Source of the DNA: Bigelowiella natans CCMP2755
Lineage: Eukaryota > Protista > Cercozoa
Assembly: GCA_000320545.1 (NCBI GenBank)
Contig: ADNK01002097.1
Location: 1-61,454 of the forward strand
Length of the DNA: 61,454 bases
Reading direction: 5' to 3'
Every line of letters begins with the position of its first letter. The first letter of the stretch is position 1. The notes under the pieces are model-generated. The model was given only the letters and a program-made list of their open reading frames with translations. It made no database searches and was not told the origin of the DNA. Positions 30,340 through 42,340 of the stretch are shown here, piece after piece. A program made the translations under genes and the position numbers.

Positions 30340-33300
30340 ATGAATGACATCACTGAAAGAAAGAACGAAGAAAGTGCACCACCATGCCCAAAGGCTGTTG
30401 AAAAACTTCTGAAGATGAACTGTGAAAGTGTTGTGAGGCATGTGCTCTATGGGGAAGCCATAGTTTTACCTAAGGTGGGCAACACTGTGGGTGCAGATCA
30501 GCACAAAATGATATATTCCCATTCGTATGGAATGGACATAATCCTTGAGGCTAATTACTTTTGTTATTAGGGATGGGAGCGTAGAGATTTCGATGATTTG
30601 CTTACAAATTGTGAATTACCGCAATGCTCTATTTCAAACGGCACCAACGCTAAGAACAATGCGAAAAATTCCATCCTTTCTAAATCTCAAGTCAAAAATC
30701 AGACATTTGCTTCTCAACCACGAAAGTATCCATGTTCAAGTACAAACCGGAAAAATCATAAAAGGTCGAAATTCTTCGATGCAGATGAGCTTTTTCGGAA
30801 CAAACATGGTCCTAATGATGATCGAGTTAATACCCGGTTTGGGGCATCATCATCATCACTGTCGGGCGAATGGAATAAAATAAAGGCCCGTCCATTTCAT
30901 GGTGATATTACAACTCCAAGATCAAAGCACCTGGACATGAATGCAAATTCGAAGAGAGACATCGCAAGACAGGTCTTTACAAAAGTATCCTTTTTAGACT
31001 CGAAACTAATTTGCCCTTAGTAATGTGTTCGAATGGATAAAATTTTACACCCTATCAAAATGAACGTCGATTAGTTATAAACTTCGGACTTGAATATAAA
31101 AAGTAAATTTTATTTGATACCATGTATTCATTTTTTCGTTCAGGCTACATGCCTTGCATCAGACTTACGCGCATGTGGTTCTGAACTGAAGTGGAATCAT
31201 ATTGGAAGATTACTGAAGTCACTGAATAATGAAGCCGCAACATTAAATGTTGCTCTGATATACCTTGATTCTTCAACTTCCTTCGTCTTGGATATCAAAA
31301 AGTAGAATTAAAGACTAATGATGCTTATTCCGAAATCGATTTATAATTTTATTGGTCAGGAAGTCAACGGTAGCAGATAGGAATGATGCTCCATTCTGTA
31401 TTGTAATATATTCTGGGACGCAGAACTCTACACGTTTACACCTCGATGATATGAATAGCAATATTTTTAAGATAACACTGTGGAATTCAGGAAAAGAGAC
31501 TCGAAAATTATGTAATCGACTTCTTGACTTAATATTGAACCATGATATGCGGGTATATGTATACGACGCAAAAAGGACTTTGAAAGTAATCCTTGATAAT
31601 GCACTCTCCGAAAGTGCGCTGCCATCGTCCTCGAAAACCCAGAATCTTCACGATCCATATGTCGCAGGTTGTCTTACATCTGTAAGGTAGTACCTAACAC
31701 GTCAAGATTACATGATTGTGTTCTCAGGTTGGCTTTTGGACCCTGATAGATGTATGTGAGCATTAATGTATGGAACCTTATCGCACTGATTGAACAATTT
31801 TTTCCTCCGCATAAGGCAAGTCAAAGCCCAACTTTGATGTACTGATGAAAGTAGGAAATTTAATCAGCCTCTCATTACAATCTTCAGTAGCGTTAATTTT
31901 CTAGGTGTACAAATTTAGCTCCACTCATTTGTTGGTCAGTCGAAGTTCATCAATTCCACTCCATATTCAAAAATTTCTTCGTCATTTATATCAACTGCCT
32001 GAATTTAGGTCACTATTGTTCTTCTTGGATATTCTGAATTCGACCTTGCACACACAAAATCTTGATTAGTATACCCTATGATAGTGAGTTTCTGGAAAGA
32101 AAGCTTAGGGCTGAGAACCAACATCATGCGTACCGATTCCAGGAAATGCCATTAATCCTGAGTCTTGTAGAGATGGAATCCCGAGGTACATCTTTTTTAT
32201 GCTTTTCATAGATAAAAGTTAAAATGAATATTTTTTAGGAATTGCTGTGAATACAGACGCGTTTCAGGAGGTGAAGCAAGATCTTATTGTGAGAATTCGC
32301 AACATTGAATATGAATCTCGGAAATTACTCCGAAAGGTTTTTCATTTAGTCCTATCCCGAGGACATAAGACATTAAGCTTTGGTTCGCATTGTATTAATG
32401 TTTCCCCCCCCCCCCAAGGATGTCTTACTAAGTTCTCCAGATCAAGTATCTAAAGTTCTCTTTGATGATCTCAAGCTTCCAAGAATTCAGGTTTGAGTAT
32501 GAAATAAGCTCGATGCTTGAAATGATTCCATCATTTTGCAGAAAACAGGAAGGCCAAATAAAACGTCAGTGTCTACTGGCGAGGTCTGTCACACATATAA
32601 TCTTAGGGTATCACGTGCTGATGTAATACTACTTTATAGGATGTTCTTTTAAAATTGAGCGTCTTTCATCAATTTCCGAAGCTGGTTCTCGAGCACAGAT
32701 CCCACACAAAACTGCTGAATACATGTAATCTTTTGCGCATCAACAATAATTCTGAAATGCATCTCTCCTTAATTCAATAGGTATAATTTCATTTTTTATT
32801 TTGCAAATTTTTATTTTGTGAAGACATTCTGCCTCTCATAGAAAAAACAGTGCATTCAAAGCATGGCAAACGGATACATTGCAGATGGAATAACTGTGCT
32901 ACTGGGACTGGTGAGCATGTAATACATCGCGAGAAATACATATCTACATACTTTCTGTCTGTATTTTCTAAACACTGTAGGTCGTATCAGTTCTAGCAAT
33001 CCTAATCTTCAAACCCTTCCAACTTCAAAGCATGCACTTAGAAACATCATTAATGTTCGAAATGCCTTCTGCACCTCGCATCGGGGAAGCTTATTAATCT
33101 CTGCAGATTATTCTCAAATGGAAATGAGAATCCTTGCCATGATTTCGGGTTAAGGAAGTTAAGGAAGCAATTTTGGCAGTATTATTGTTATTGAATATTA
33201 ATGTAACCGATTAGGTGATAACACTCTTCAAAATATATTTGATGGAAATGACGATGTATACAAGCTTATGGCTGCTATGGCATTCAGAAATGGTGATGCA

Positions 33301-34291
33301 AATGTTGTGACTCAAGATGATCGGGACAGAGCCAAAGTCCTTTGTTTAGCTGTATCCTATGGAATGGTGAGTTTAATGCCTTAAACTTGAATTTCAATTT
33401 TATTTTTATTTTTTCCATCAGGGATCCTATGCTCTTGCGCATCATCTTCGAACGACGTCGAGATCTGATGCCGAAGATCTTAAATCCGAGTTTCTAAGCA
33501 AGGTAAATTTGTTTTGAGGTGCATTCTGTGTTATAACCGATCGAACTATTCTTAGTTTCCCGGGATGGCTACCTTCATAAAGCGTAAGATAACAATTTTG
33601 ATAGCTCCTATGAAGCATTTAATCTTTTCCCACGCATCATGAAGGTGTGAAAACCCAAGCTAAAAATTGTGGCTATGTGACAACATACATCACAAAACGT
33701 CGGAGATATTTGCGAGGCATATCCAGCAACAACTATGGCAAACGCACTCATGCGGAAAGGCAGGCTGTGAATACAATTATTCAGGGAACAGGGAGTGACA
33801 TGATCAAAGGGGCAACAATTAGGATTCGGGAGGAATTACTCTGTCGCTACAAGCAGAACATTGCAGAAATTGTTTTGCAGCTGCATGGTGTTCAATTTAC
33901 TATGATGATTTCAATATCTCACCAAGCCGACCATGTGCGATAAATGTAATTTTGAGATTTTTTTTCAGATGAAATTGTCATTGAAATCAATGACACGTCT
34001 CAAATTGAGACGGTGTGCAAGATCGTTAAGGTTTGATTTTTCATTTTCATGAAGAGAAGTCATCGAAAACAAAAAAAGACGTGACAAGTGCACATTCGAT
34101 TTGCTCTTAGTCGTCATCCTTCTTGTCACAAATTTCTCACCACATGGTTTGCTGTGATTCAGGAAATCATGGAAAACGTGGTTCAAAAACAAACAAAAGT
34201 GAAATTTCCCATTCGGCTGAAGGCTGGGAAAGATTTAGGACATCTGGAGAGCATTGAAAGTTTTTCAGTGTCACCCAGAGGACAGTGCTAG
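30340..34291 (+). CDS. Family A DNA polymerase, Pol theta/nu-like, no helicase domain seen; about 19 short introns
   Basis: HDPYVAGWLLDPD (degenerate exonuclease region), TGRISSSNPNLQTLP, LISADYSQMEMRILA (motif A), RDRAKVLCLAVSYGMG (motif B), GYVTT..KRRRYL, AERQAVNTIIQGTGSDMIK, LQLHDEIVIE (motif C). Confidence 0.9.
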
Positions 34292-34386
34292 TCCAATGCT
34301 AGCACAGCTTTGTGTGCTGTGCGCTCACCCAGACCATGCATGCTGTGCAGTTTGACACCATGCGTGAGCTGCGAGACGTGCGACGC

Positions 34387-35240
34387 TGATGTCAAAAGAT
34401 TTCGAATTGCGCTTTGTTTTCTGTCAATTTGTTGCTCACACACGCGTGTGCACATTGGGTTCCGGCGCATTCGCGAAATTCCTCGAACCTTCTGGAAGGT
34501 TCTCGGAGACTCTCGAGTCTTCTCAGAAGTTTGGAGAACTTCAGCACACGCACGCGCCTTGCACGTCACACCAGTGTGACGCAGGCGGCCTTTGCACGAG
34601 CGACTGACCACGCAATCGGCCACGCACGTCACCTCCTCAGTTGCGAATCCAAGGCTTCAGCGTGAGCCTTTGACTCGGACAATCCACCAAGTGATTGGGG
34701 GGTCGGCACGTTCTTTCCGATTGGAGTCAACCCAGAACTTGCCGATTGCATCCTGCGCCATCTGAGGTTCGCATTGTTCGCAGCCAAACCAACTGGCGTT
34801 CCTCGTGCTTTCGAGGTCCCGGTGCCATTCGGAGAAAGGAGCCTCCGGCACCACGAGAATCGCAGTGCGAAAGCGCTTCTTTCGCAGCTTGTGAATCACG
34901 ACAGGAAGCTGGTCCAATCCAGGGCAACCGAGCCAGCGAGAAAAACGACCGTGCCCTTCCAGTCTTCCTCTGCTCGGCACTGATGATCCTCGTCCAACTT
35001 TTGGGGAACTTTCCCAATGCGAGGCCGAGCTTCAATGAGGACACTCGGACAGGATTGACCTCCGAGTGCCTCAAGGTGTTGTTGCCCAGGCTGAGCGGCT
35101 TGAGGTCGTCAATGTGTCTGTGGGACTGTCCGATCCACTGTTCCTAGCAATGAAACAGGACTCAGTGGAAGCCCGTGACAACACCTCGCAGGCTAGCAGG
35201 GCTGCGAGGGCCCAATCCAACTTGGGTCCTCTTTGCTGGC
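34387..35240 (-). mobile_element. 3' remnant of a Gypsy-like LTR retrotransposon: integrase GPY/F tail, Dam-like segment, PPT and 3' LTR; hypermutated
   Basis: Minus strand reads WIGP[17-nt insertion]CEVLSRASTESCFI...RHIDDLKP (GPY/F motif with Y->C), then DWKGTVVF...CPGLDQLPVVIHKLRK...AILVVPEAPFSEWHRDL, stop at 34657, purine tract GAGGAGG (34632-34638), and a putative ~245-bp LTR (34387-34631) with TG...CA ends. Confidence 0.6.
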
Positions 35241-35860
35241 ACAGCCCAAAGGGCTCTACCGCGCACCGCCTTCAGCACACGTGCACTTTGGAACACACGT
35301 GACACAGGTCAGCTGTGTGCTTTGGAAAGTGTGTGCTTTTGGTGCGTGTGTGCGTGCACGTGCAGCGTGCCATGCTGGCCGGATGCACAGCACGCACGTC
35401 CCAGCGCAGCCTAGCTCTAGCTAGCTAGCTAGCCAGGGTCCGCTGGGTGTGCTCGCAATCGCGCATGCAAATCATGCATGCTAGCGTGCCTTTTGCTGTC
35501 ATGCTTGTTGCGCACATTGCGATCGCTAGGATTCAAAATCAGAAGCTCACTGGAAGATGTGCAATGATATGTGGTGCAATGATCCCACAAAACCCAGAAA
35601 CCGTGCCCTGCATGCATTGTTCACTGGCATGCACGACACAGAGCATCATGCATGTGCGCTGTGTTTGCGTGCTTCGTCTCGCACACTGTGCATCCAGCTT
35701 GCTCTGGTCAGCATAAAAAATGACAGTGATCAAGGATTGATGTCTGTGTGGGAATCACGTTTCAGAGGAAGATGGATGGCTTTCAAATGGCAATGTAGCA
35801 TCAATGGAATGATTGAGCAACTTCAAGTCTAAATTGCCTCTGATCGCACATGCTAATGTG
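35241..35860. repeat. Continuation of the TpA-depleted island with (CTAG)n run
   Basis: Few TA, mostly inside CTAG (ctagctctagctagctagctagc, ~35411-35433); CA/TG-rich. Confidence 0.6.
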
Positions 35861-35868
35861 CATGACCG

Positions 35869-36698
35869 TTAAACCAACTGTCTTTGCTCCCTAGGATTAA
35901 TTACTACTCTTCCCGGCCAGAACTCAACTTCCTTTCTTTGAAGCTCATTCTCCTCGTCCTCAGCAACCATCTTGTTTATTGCATTCATGAAAGCTTCAGC
36001 AGATCCCTGCAAAAAAGAAGCAATTGGATACTTATATGAGTACTCGTATAACATGAGTCGACCACAGTCATACTTCCCCGCCTCCTCTGTCCCCTACAAT
36101 TACAACGAGTATCATGACCTGTATGATGTCAACATGTGCAGAAGATCCATGGTACGTTACTTCCTCCTCTTGAACAGCAAGGGCCTTCAATGTTTTAATG
36201 GAGATGATTGAAGATAAAGAAACCACATTTCAATATTCAGAACACTTACGTCTTCCAATATGCACATTCATTCATAAACACACTTTGAGAATACATAGTT
36301 ATTTATGGAAATATGGATGTACATGTACACAAGTGTATGAATGTAGAAACTTATCTTTTATTTTCTTGGGCACTACTAATGAGAGACGCATTGGCAGATT
36401 CATGAGCTGCAACAATTGATACTACCTCCTCATCCTCCCGTGGTGGAGCGCGGCGGCACACGCGAACACTTACCTGCGGCGAAGGTTAGTCAATCAATTG
36501 TCATTATTATATGAAGAATAATCCCACATATCGTCCAAACTGTATTTTCTAAATACTATAACACTCTGTTATTATTATTATTATTATAGTTATGCAACTC
36601 TAGGGTTTGGGGTTGTATAGGATTCATCAATGTGGACCATAACTTTCTTCTTTTCTTCCTTCAAATAAACACTTATACTCCGATGCAAGAAGACATAA

Positions 36699-36729
<31 letters not shown>

Positions 36730-36774
36730 CACTTGCCTCCTCCTCCTTCTGCACACCCCCACTAGCAGTATCAG

Positions 36775-36810
<36 letters not shown>

Positions 36811-37573
36811 AACTACTACTACTATTAGTACTATTAGTACCTTGCCAATAGCATCCCTACCCTCTGAAACAGCCTCAACTTGATACTGAACAAGACGAAT
36901 CGGCACGCGCACCACCTTATAATGAATGAATCACAACAACACAGAAAAAAAAGTTTGGTGACGAAGATTAACACCATGACGTTCTTTGGTTCTTATTTCT
37001 TTGCTTCGGACGTTGATAACGCTATTTGATGGTCATGATCGTGAGTATCCATTTATTGAAGTTGTAATACAGTCTTCCGCATCATCACTTTCCATAGAGT
37101 GCTGCTGTTGCTGCTTCCTTTAACTCACCCGACTAATGGCATTGTACACGGCCTCTACTGGCCCTCCTCCAGTCGATGCGTCGATAATTGTCTGTACATA
37201 CGGGTAGGTAGGTCGTAGAACATGTGGTAGTTAGAACATGGCACTGACATCGTATATCAATCGATATGATATTGTAACCTTTCCTGATGGTGTTGTGATA
37301 GACACCGTGGCCGTTGGATGATCATGACCACAAGATACGTGGCACGTGTTAAGCTGAGAAGAAGGAAGGTAGTGGAATTGGATGAGGAGAATGGTGAGCA
37401 GGGGGAACACGATGATAACTATAGGAAGAGGAGAATAAGATAAGTCGAGGAGGAGGAGGAGAAAGAGAATAACACGTGACTAATGCCATTAGACTAACAT
37501 TAATCATAGAGATGAGCGTTATTGATTTAAAATAACCGATGTAAGTATGTATGTGTGTGTGTGTGTGTGGTAG

Positions 37574-37607
<34 letters not shown>

Positions 37608-37953
37608 GACCATTCTCGGCTGGCTTATACTGCACACACTACTACACATACTACTTTGCTCACCTAGCTACCTTCTCAATGTTGTTTTCCACTACTTACT
37701 TACTATGAAGGGATGATGATAATAACAACAAGCTATTTTCGACTACTTACTACTTTGTAGAGATGGATGATAACAACGCTAGGTAGCATCATGTGGTTAT
37801 CTATTTATGTTTGTATTTTTATTCTATCGTCGTCTTTTGATTACCTTCCATGACTCTTCAGCAGGTTTTACAAACTAAGTTAATGTATCATCATCATTCA
37901 CACATCAGATTTCGATTATTAGTAGCTACTACCAAGCACCATCCTCCCGCAAA

Positions 37954-37985
<32 letters not shown>

Positions 37986-38177
37986 TCTAAATCTACTGTT
38001 TGAACCTCATTCTCAATGATTGCTTGAATATCAGCATCAGTGACTGTTTTCTTTTGATCGGCGGTATCCTACATACACCACCAATGGAAAGTATGGTGAG
38101 AATAACGATAAGGGAGAAGAAGAAGACGACGAAATAGAACAGCAATAAAAGGAAGGCGGTCCACTATGGGTGGCATT

Positions 38178-38211
<34 letters not shown>

Positions 38212-38405
38212 CCGCCATTCACCTTGAACTTTTTGAACGCAACTTTGATGACTTCTTTGTCCAACCCTGTGTATCTGGTCATCGTTGTACGAGAGAGAGG
38301 GGGGAGGGGAGGATTAGAGAGGGCGACGATTAATTAAATAGACGTTCAAATATCAGAATGCGTCTGTCGTTCGTCAGCCTTAATTCTCTATATATTCTAT
38401 TCTAC

Positions 38406-38441
<36 letters not shown>

Positions 38442-38495
38442 AGTAGTAGTAGTAGTAGTGGTAGCCTTCCTCCCCGAGGCAATGGTTTTCATCAT

Positions 38496-38532
<37 letters not shown>

Positions 38533-39658
38533 TACTGACAGGTAGCACGATGATGAATGAATGACCACAGCATCATCATCATCATCACATCCAGCACTAC
38601 AACTTATAATACCCAAGTTCCTCCAAGCGATTGCTGAAGGCTGCTTTTCCAGAGTGTTTTCCCAATACAAGAGTGGATCTATGTGTTTGTGTTGTTGTTG
38701 TTGTTGTTGCTATTTTCCCAATACAAGAGTAGTGGATGATCTATGTGCGTCTTTCACGGTGATGGTTTGATGGTTAATAATAGCTACATAGTAGTACCAA
38801 CTCTTATTGATTTCGCATCATCTTCAACTTGTTTTTGTTGTTCTTCTTCTTCTTTTTCTTTTGTTTAACTAGTAGTACTAGTAGTAGTAGTACTAGTAGT
38901 ACTGTACTGTCGACTTCATCATCATCATCATCATCATCCATGTCAGTATAAGAAAGAGCAACGATTTATTACTACTTGAGACCAACGCTTGCAGGACTCA
39001 TAATTTCGTAAGTAGCAGCATGCTTCAAGACCCCATCCTAACGTAGTTTGGAGTCAGAATATCATATGATCAAGTTGCTCTGTTAGTTAGATTGACGAGC
39101 TGGCAGTTATTGGTACTGATATATCGAGGAAGAAGAAAGAGGAGAGAGGCAAGAACATCCACTATTACTAGTATTACTACTACCTGGTGAATTCCAGCTT
39201 CATGAGCAAATGCATTAGCACCAACAATGGCTTTGTTTGGTTGGACCGACATTCCTAGTAGAGTAGTTACAACAACAGTAATGTATAACAGTATCAGCAG
39301 CAGTATCATTGCATCCCATAGATCATCAGAGTAGTACAAATAGTATCACCAATATCATCCTACATAAATACATACATACATACATACATACATACATACC
39401 CGTGACCGAGGTGACCATGCGGCTGGTGCGTGTAATCTGGGTCGTATCGACTAGACTCTTGACAGGGAATACCTTATTAAAAGTGGTGGTAATAGTAGTA
39501 GTAGTTGTTTAGTTATTCTTGTGATAGTAATCATAATAACAAGGAGGAGTTAGAGGAGAGGAAGAGAATGAATAAATCCCAGAATTCAATAGTAACAAAC
39601 AAGACGTAGTACAACAATAACAACAACTTCAACTACCACTACCACAAGCACAACCGAA

Positions 39659-39691
<33 letters not shown>

Positions 39692-40701
39692 ACTCTCTTT
39701 CACCACTACCTGTGGTCGTGTGTAAAGTGCCATCACTACTTCCTCCAAAGAGGCATTTCCTTGGTTCAAAGTGATGATAACCGTGAGCTTCATATGTGTG
39801 CTCACAATGATAATAATAGGGTTTTGGTTTTGCTATATTTCACGGTGCTGTCTTGATACCGTTGATCATCATCATCACCATCATCAAAGTACCTGCACGC
39901 TCTCCAATTCCATTGATAGTCACTTCCACTTGGCGAGCTCCTCCCATCACACCTGACAACAACCAACCATGATAATATTACGAACGACAACTCTGCTCAG
40001 TACTTGCACACCGCAGTACCGCAGCACCGCTGCACGAAATAACGTGTTTTCTCATCTCTTTCTGCCTCTTCCTCCCTCTCCCTCTCTCTCTTTTAATTCT
40101 GTATAATAACAGCACAGTAGCCCTACTTCATAGAAGCTCTGGAGTGTGTGCTATGTGTGAAATGATCATTTCCCACACAGCACATCATTCCCCACACAGC
40201 ACACACACATTCTTCTAAAAACAAAGGAGGTTGTTGCGTATGCATAATAATATGAAATACTTCTCGATGAAATGATCTCCATCATCATGGTTGTCTGATT
40301 GAGATTATGTGTGTGAATGCATATCTATTGCCTTCAAGCGTATTCGCAACTGCAAGACCCAAGTCGTTATGACAGTGAGTGGACCAAGTGATCGAATCAC
40401 CACCGGGTGTGTTATCTTTCAAATAACTACAATAGCAACAAGAAGAAGAAGAAGAAGAAGAAGAAGAAGAAGAAAAAGCATCACATATTTCAATCAAAAA
40501 TACTTGAGTAGTAGTAGCTGCGCGAAAAGAAGCACTTGTCTATGGTTAAGACCGAATCAGCTCGCAGTATTCGCGTGGCGTCACAAATCCAACGGTGTCC
40601 GGCACGTTGATTGTACCAACACCTGCCTTAATTACCTGCGAAGGAAAAGGAAGAAAATGCAATGCAATCAAGAATAGAGCTAGATTAAGGGAAATCATTG
40701 A

Positions 40702-40732
<31 letters not shown>

Positions 40733-41874
40733 TCAAATATTCTCTCGTTGCAAGATATAAATTGCTAAAGTTCTAATCACGGTTCTACCTCTCCAAATAG
40801 TTCTGCCATGAATGCAGGGTCACTGCGGCCAGCATCTTCAGCGGAAAACTCAACATCTTCACACATTGATCTTTTTTGGTATATAAACAAACAACACCGG
40901 AAAAAATATTACAGGTTGCTCCTAAAATTGTTATCATGAGCAATTATCATAAGGTGAGTAACCTGGCGAAGGAGACTGCCTTCACAGATTGCTGGATACA
41001 CTCAGTCCTTGAGATCTTGAGCTTGTTCTTAAGGTGAATGTCGGAAGTTGCTAGAAATGTGTGGATTCGATGAAGAGGTGCATGCTGCACAGCCTTTCAA
41101 GAATAATCGCAAGTTTTAGTAAACGTTGTTCGAATCAAGGAAACTGATCCCAATTAAGTGATGATGATGATAATAAAATGATGCTTCTTACTTCATAGCA
41201 ACGTTCAATGTCCTTCTCAATAGCTCGAGACAGGCCACAGATACGCATAGGTTTCCCGGAGGCACGATTTTCAAGAAGGGGCCCGATCTTTATTAAGGTT
41301 GTTCAATCAGAATCGTTTATCAACAATGGAGTAAATGACAAACAGGTAGATGCCGAGCATACTGCAGTTCTAAGAGGAAACTTGTGATGACAATGAAATC
41401 AAAACCATCAGAATCTTTATAAATCCACGCGCGCGCGCGCACACACACACACACACACAAAGTACTTCTTGAGCAACAATCTTGACAGCCTCAAAGTCGC
41501 CATCAGATGCGATCGGGAATCCTTATAACACATACATACATGCAAACTCATTCGCTCACTCGCATACAACATGTAGCTCCTATAAATTCATGATTTTCAT
41601 CTTTTAAAAGACAAGTACCTGCTTCACATACGTCCACACCCAGACGTGAAAGCTGGGTTGCTAATGTTATTTTCTCTTTGATGTTCATGGTAGCACCAGG
41701 AGACTGTTCTCCGTCTCTTAAGGTTGTATCGAAAATTGTTAATACTGGCTTGTCCTCATCCTTTGTCGTTGCTGCCTCCGACGACAACATACGCAAACCA
41801 CCCATACTTCGGCGACTGTTTCGACGAATATTTGCGCTGATAGCATTGGCTGCTCTCGTGCATGCTTGCAACAT
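35869..41874 (-). CDS. leuA: 2-isopropylmalate synthase (LeuA type) with C-terminal regulatory domain, multi-exon
   Basis: [105 protein letters not shown]. Arg/Ser/Ala-rich N-terminal presequence. Confidence 0.93.
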
Positions 41875-42340
41875 TGTGAGGATGGGTGGGGGGGCTCGAG
41901 GCTCCTGGGATTCGCTTCTGTATTTGGTAAGGATTTTATATCGTCATGTGTAAATGCAGCGTATTTCTACATATAAATAAAAATAAATTGGGCACGAGAC
42001 CCACGCAACATTCCAACAGATTTCTGCATAAGTATGATCAATATTTGATGTCGCACCTATATTTTCAAATGTATTTATCTTGATTTTATTCGGATACGTT
42101 TACCGATTCTCTTATTATGTATCTAACCCTCGAAATCTCTCAGAGATGAAAAGGATTAGGGTTAGAAAGAAGAAGAAGAAGAAGAAGGAGAGGAAGAAGA
42201 AGTGAAGTGCGTAGTTCGTTACAATCTTTTTTCCAACAGAAAAAATCGGCGCGGGAAGCCATTTTCTGTGGAGTACAGGCCTGTAGTCAACAAGGAAGGG
42301 CCCAAGGCAGGCCCCAGAGAACAGAATACCAACCAAAATA

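Noticed and set aside
34290-35860. Classical fungal RIP or CpG-methylation decay as the cause of the CA/TG excess
   Set aside because: RIP raises TpA and 5mC decay removes CpG. Here TpA is absent and CpG is plentiful.
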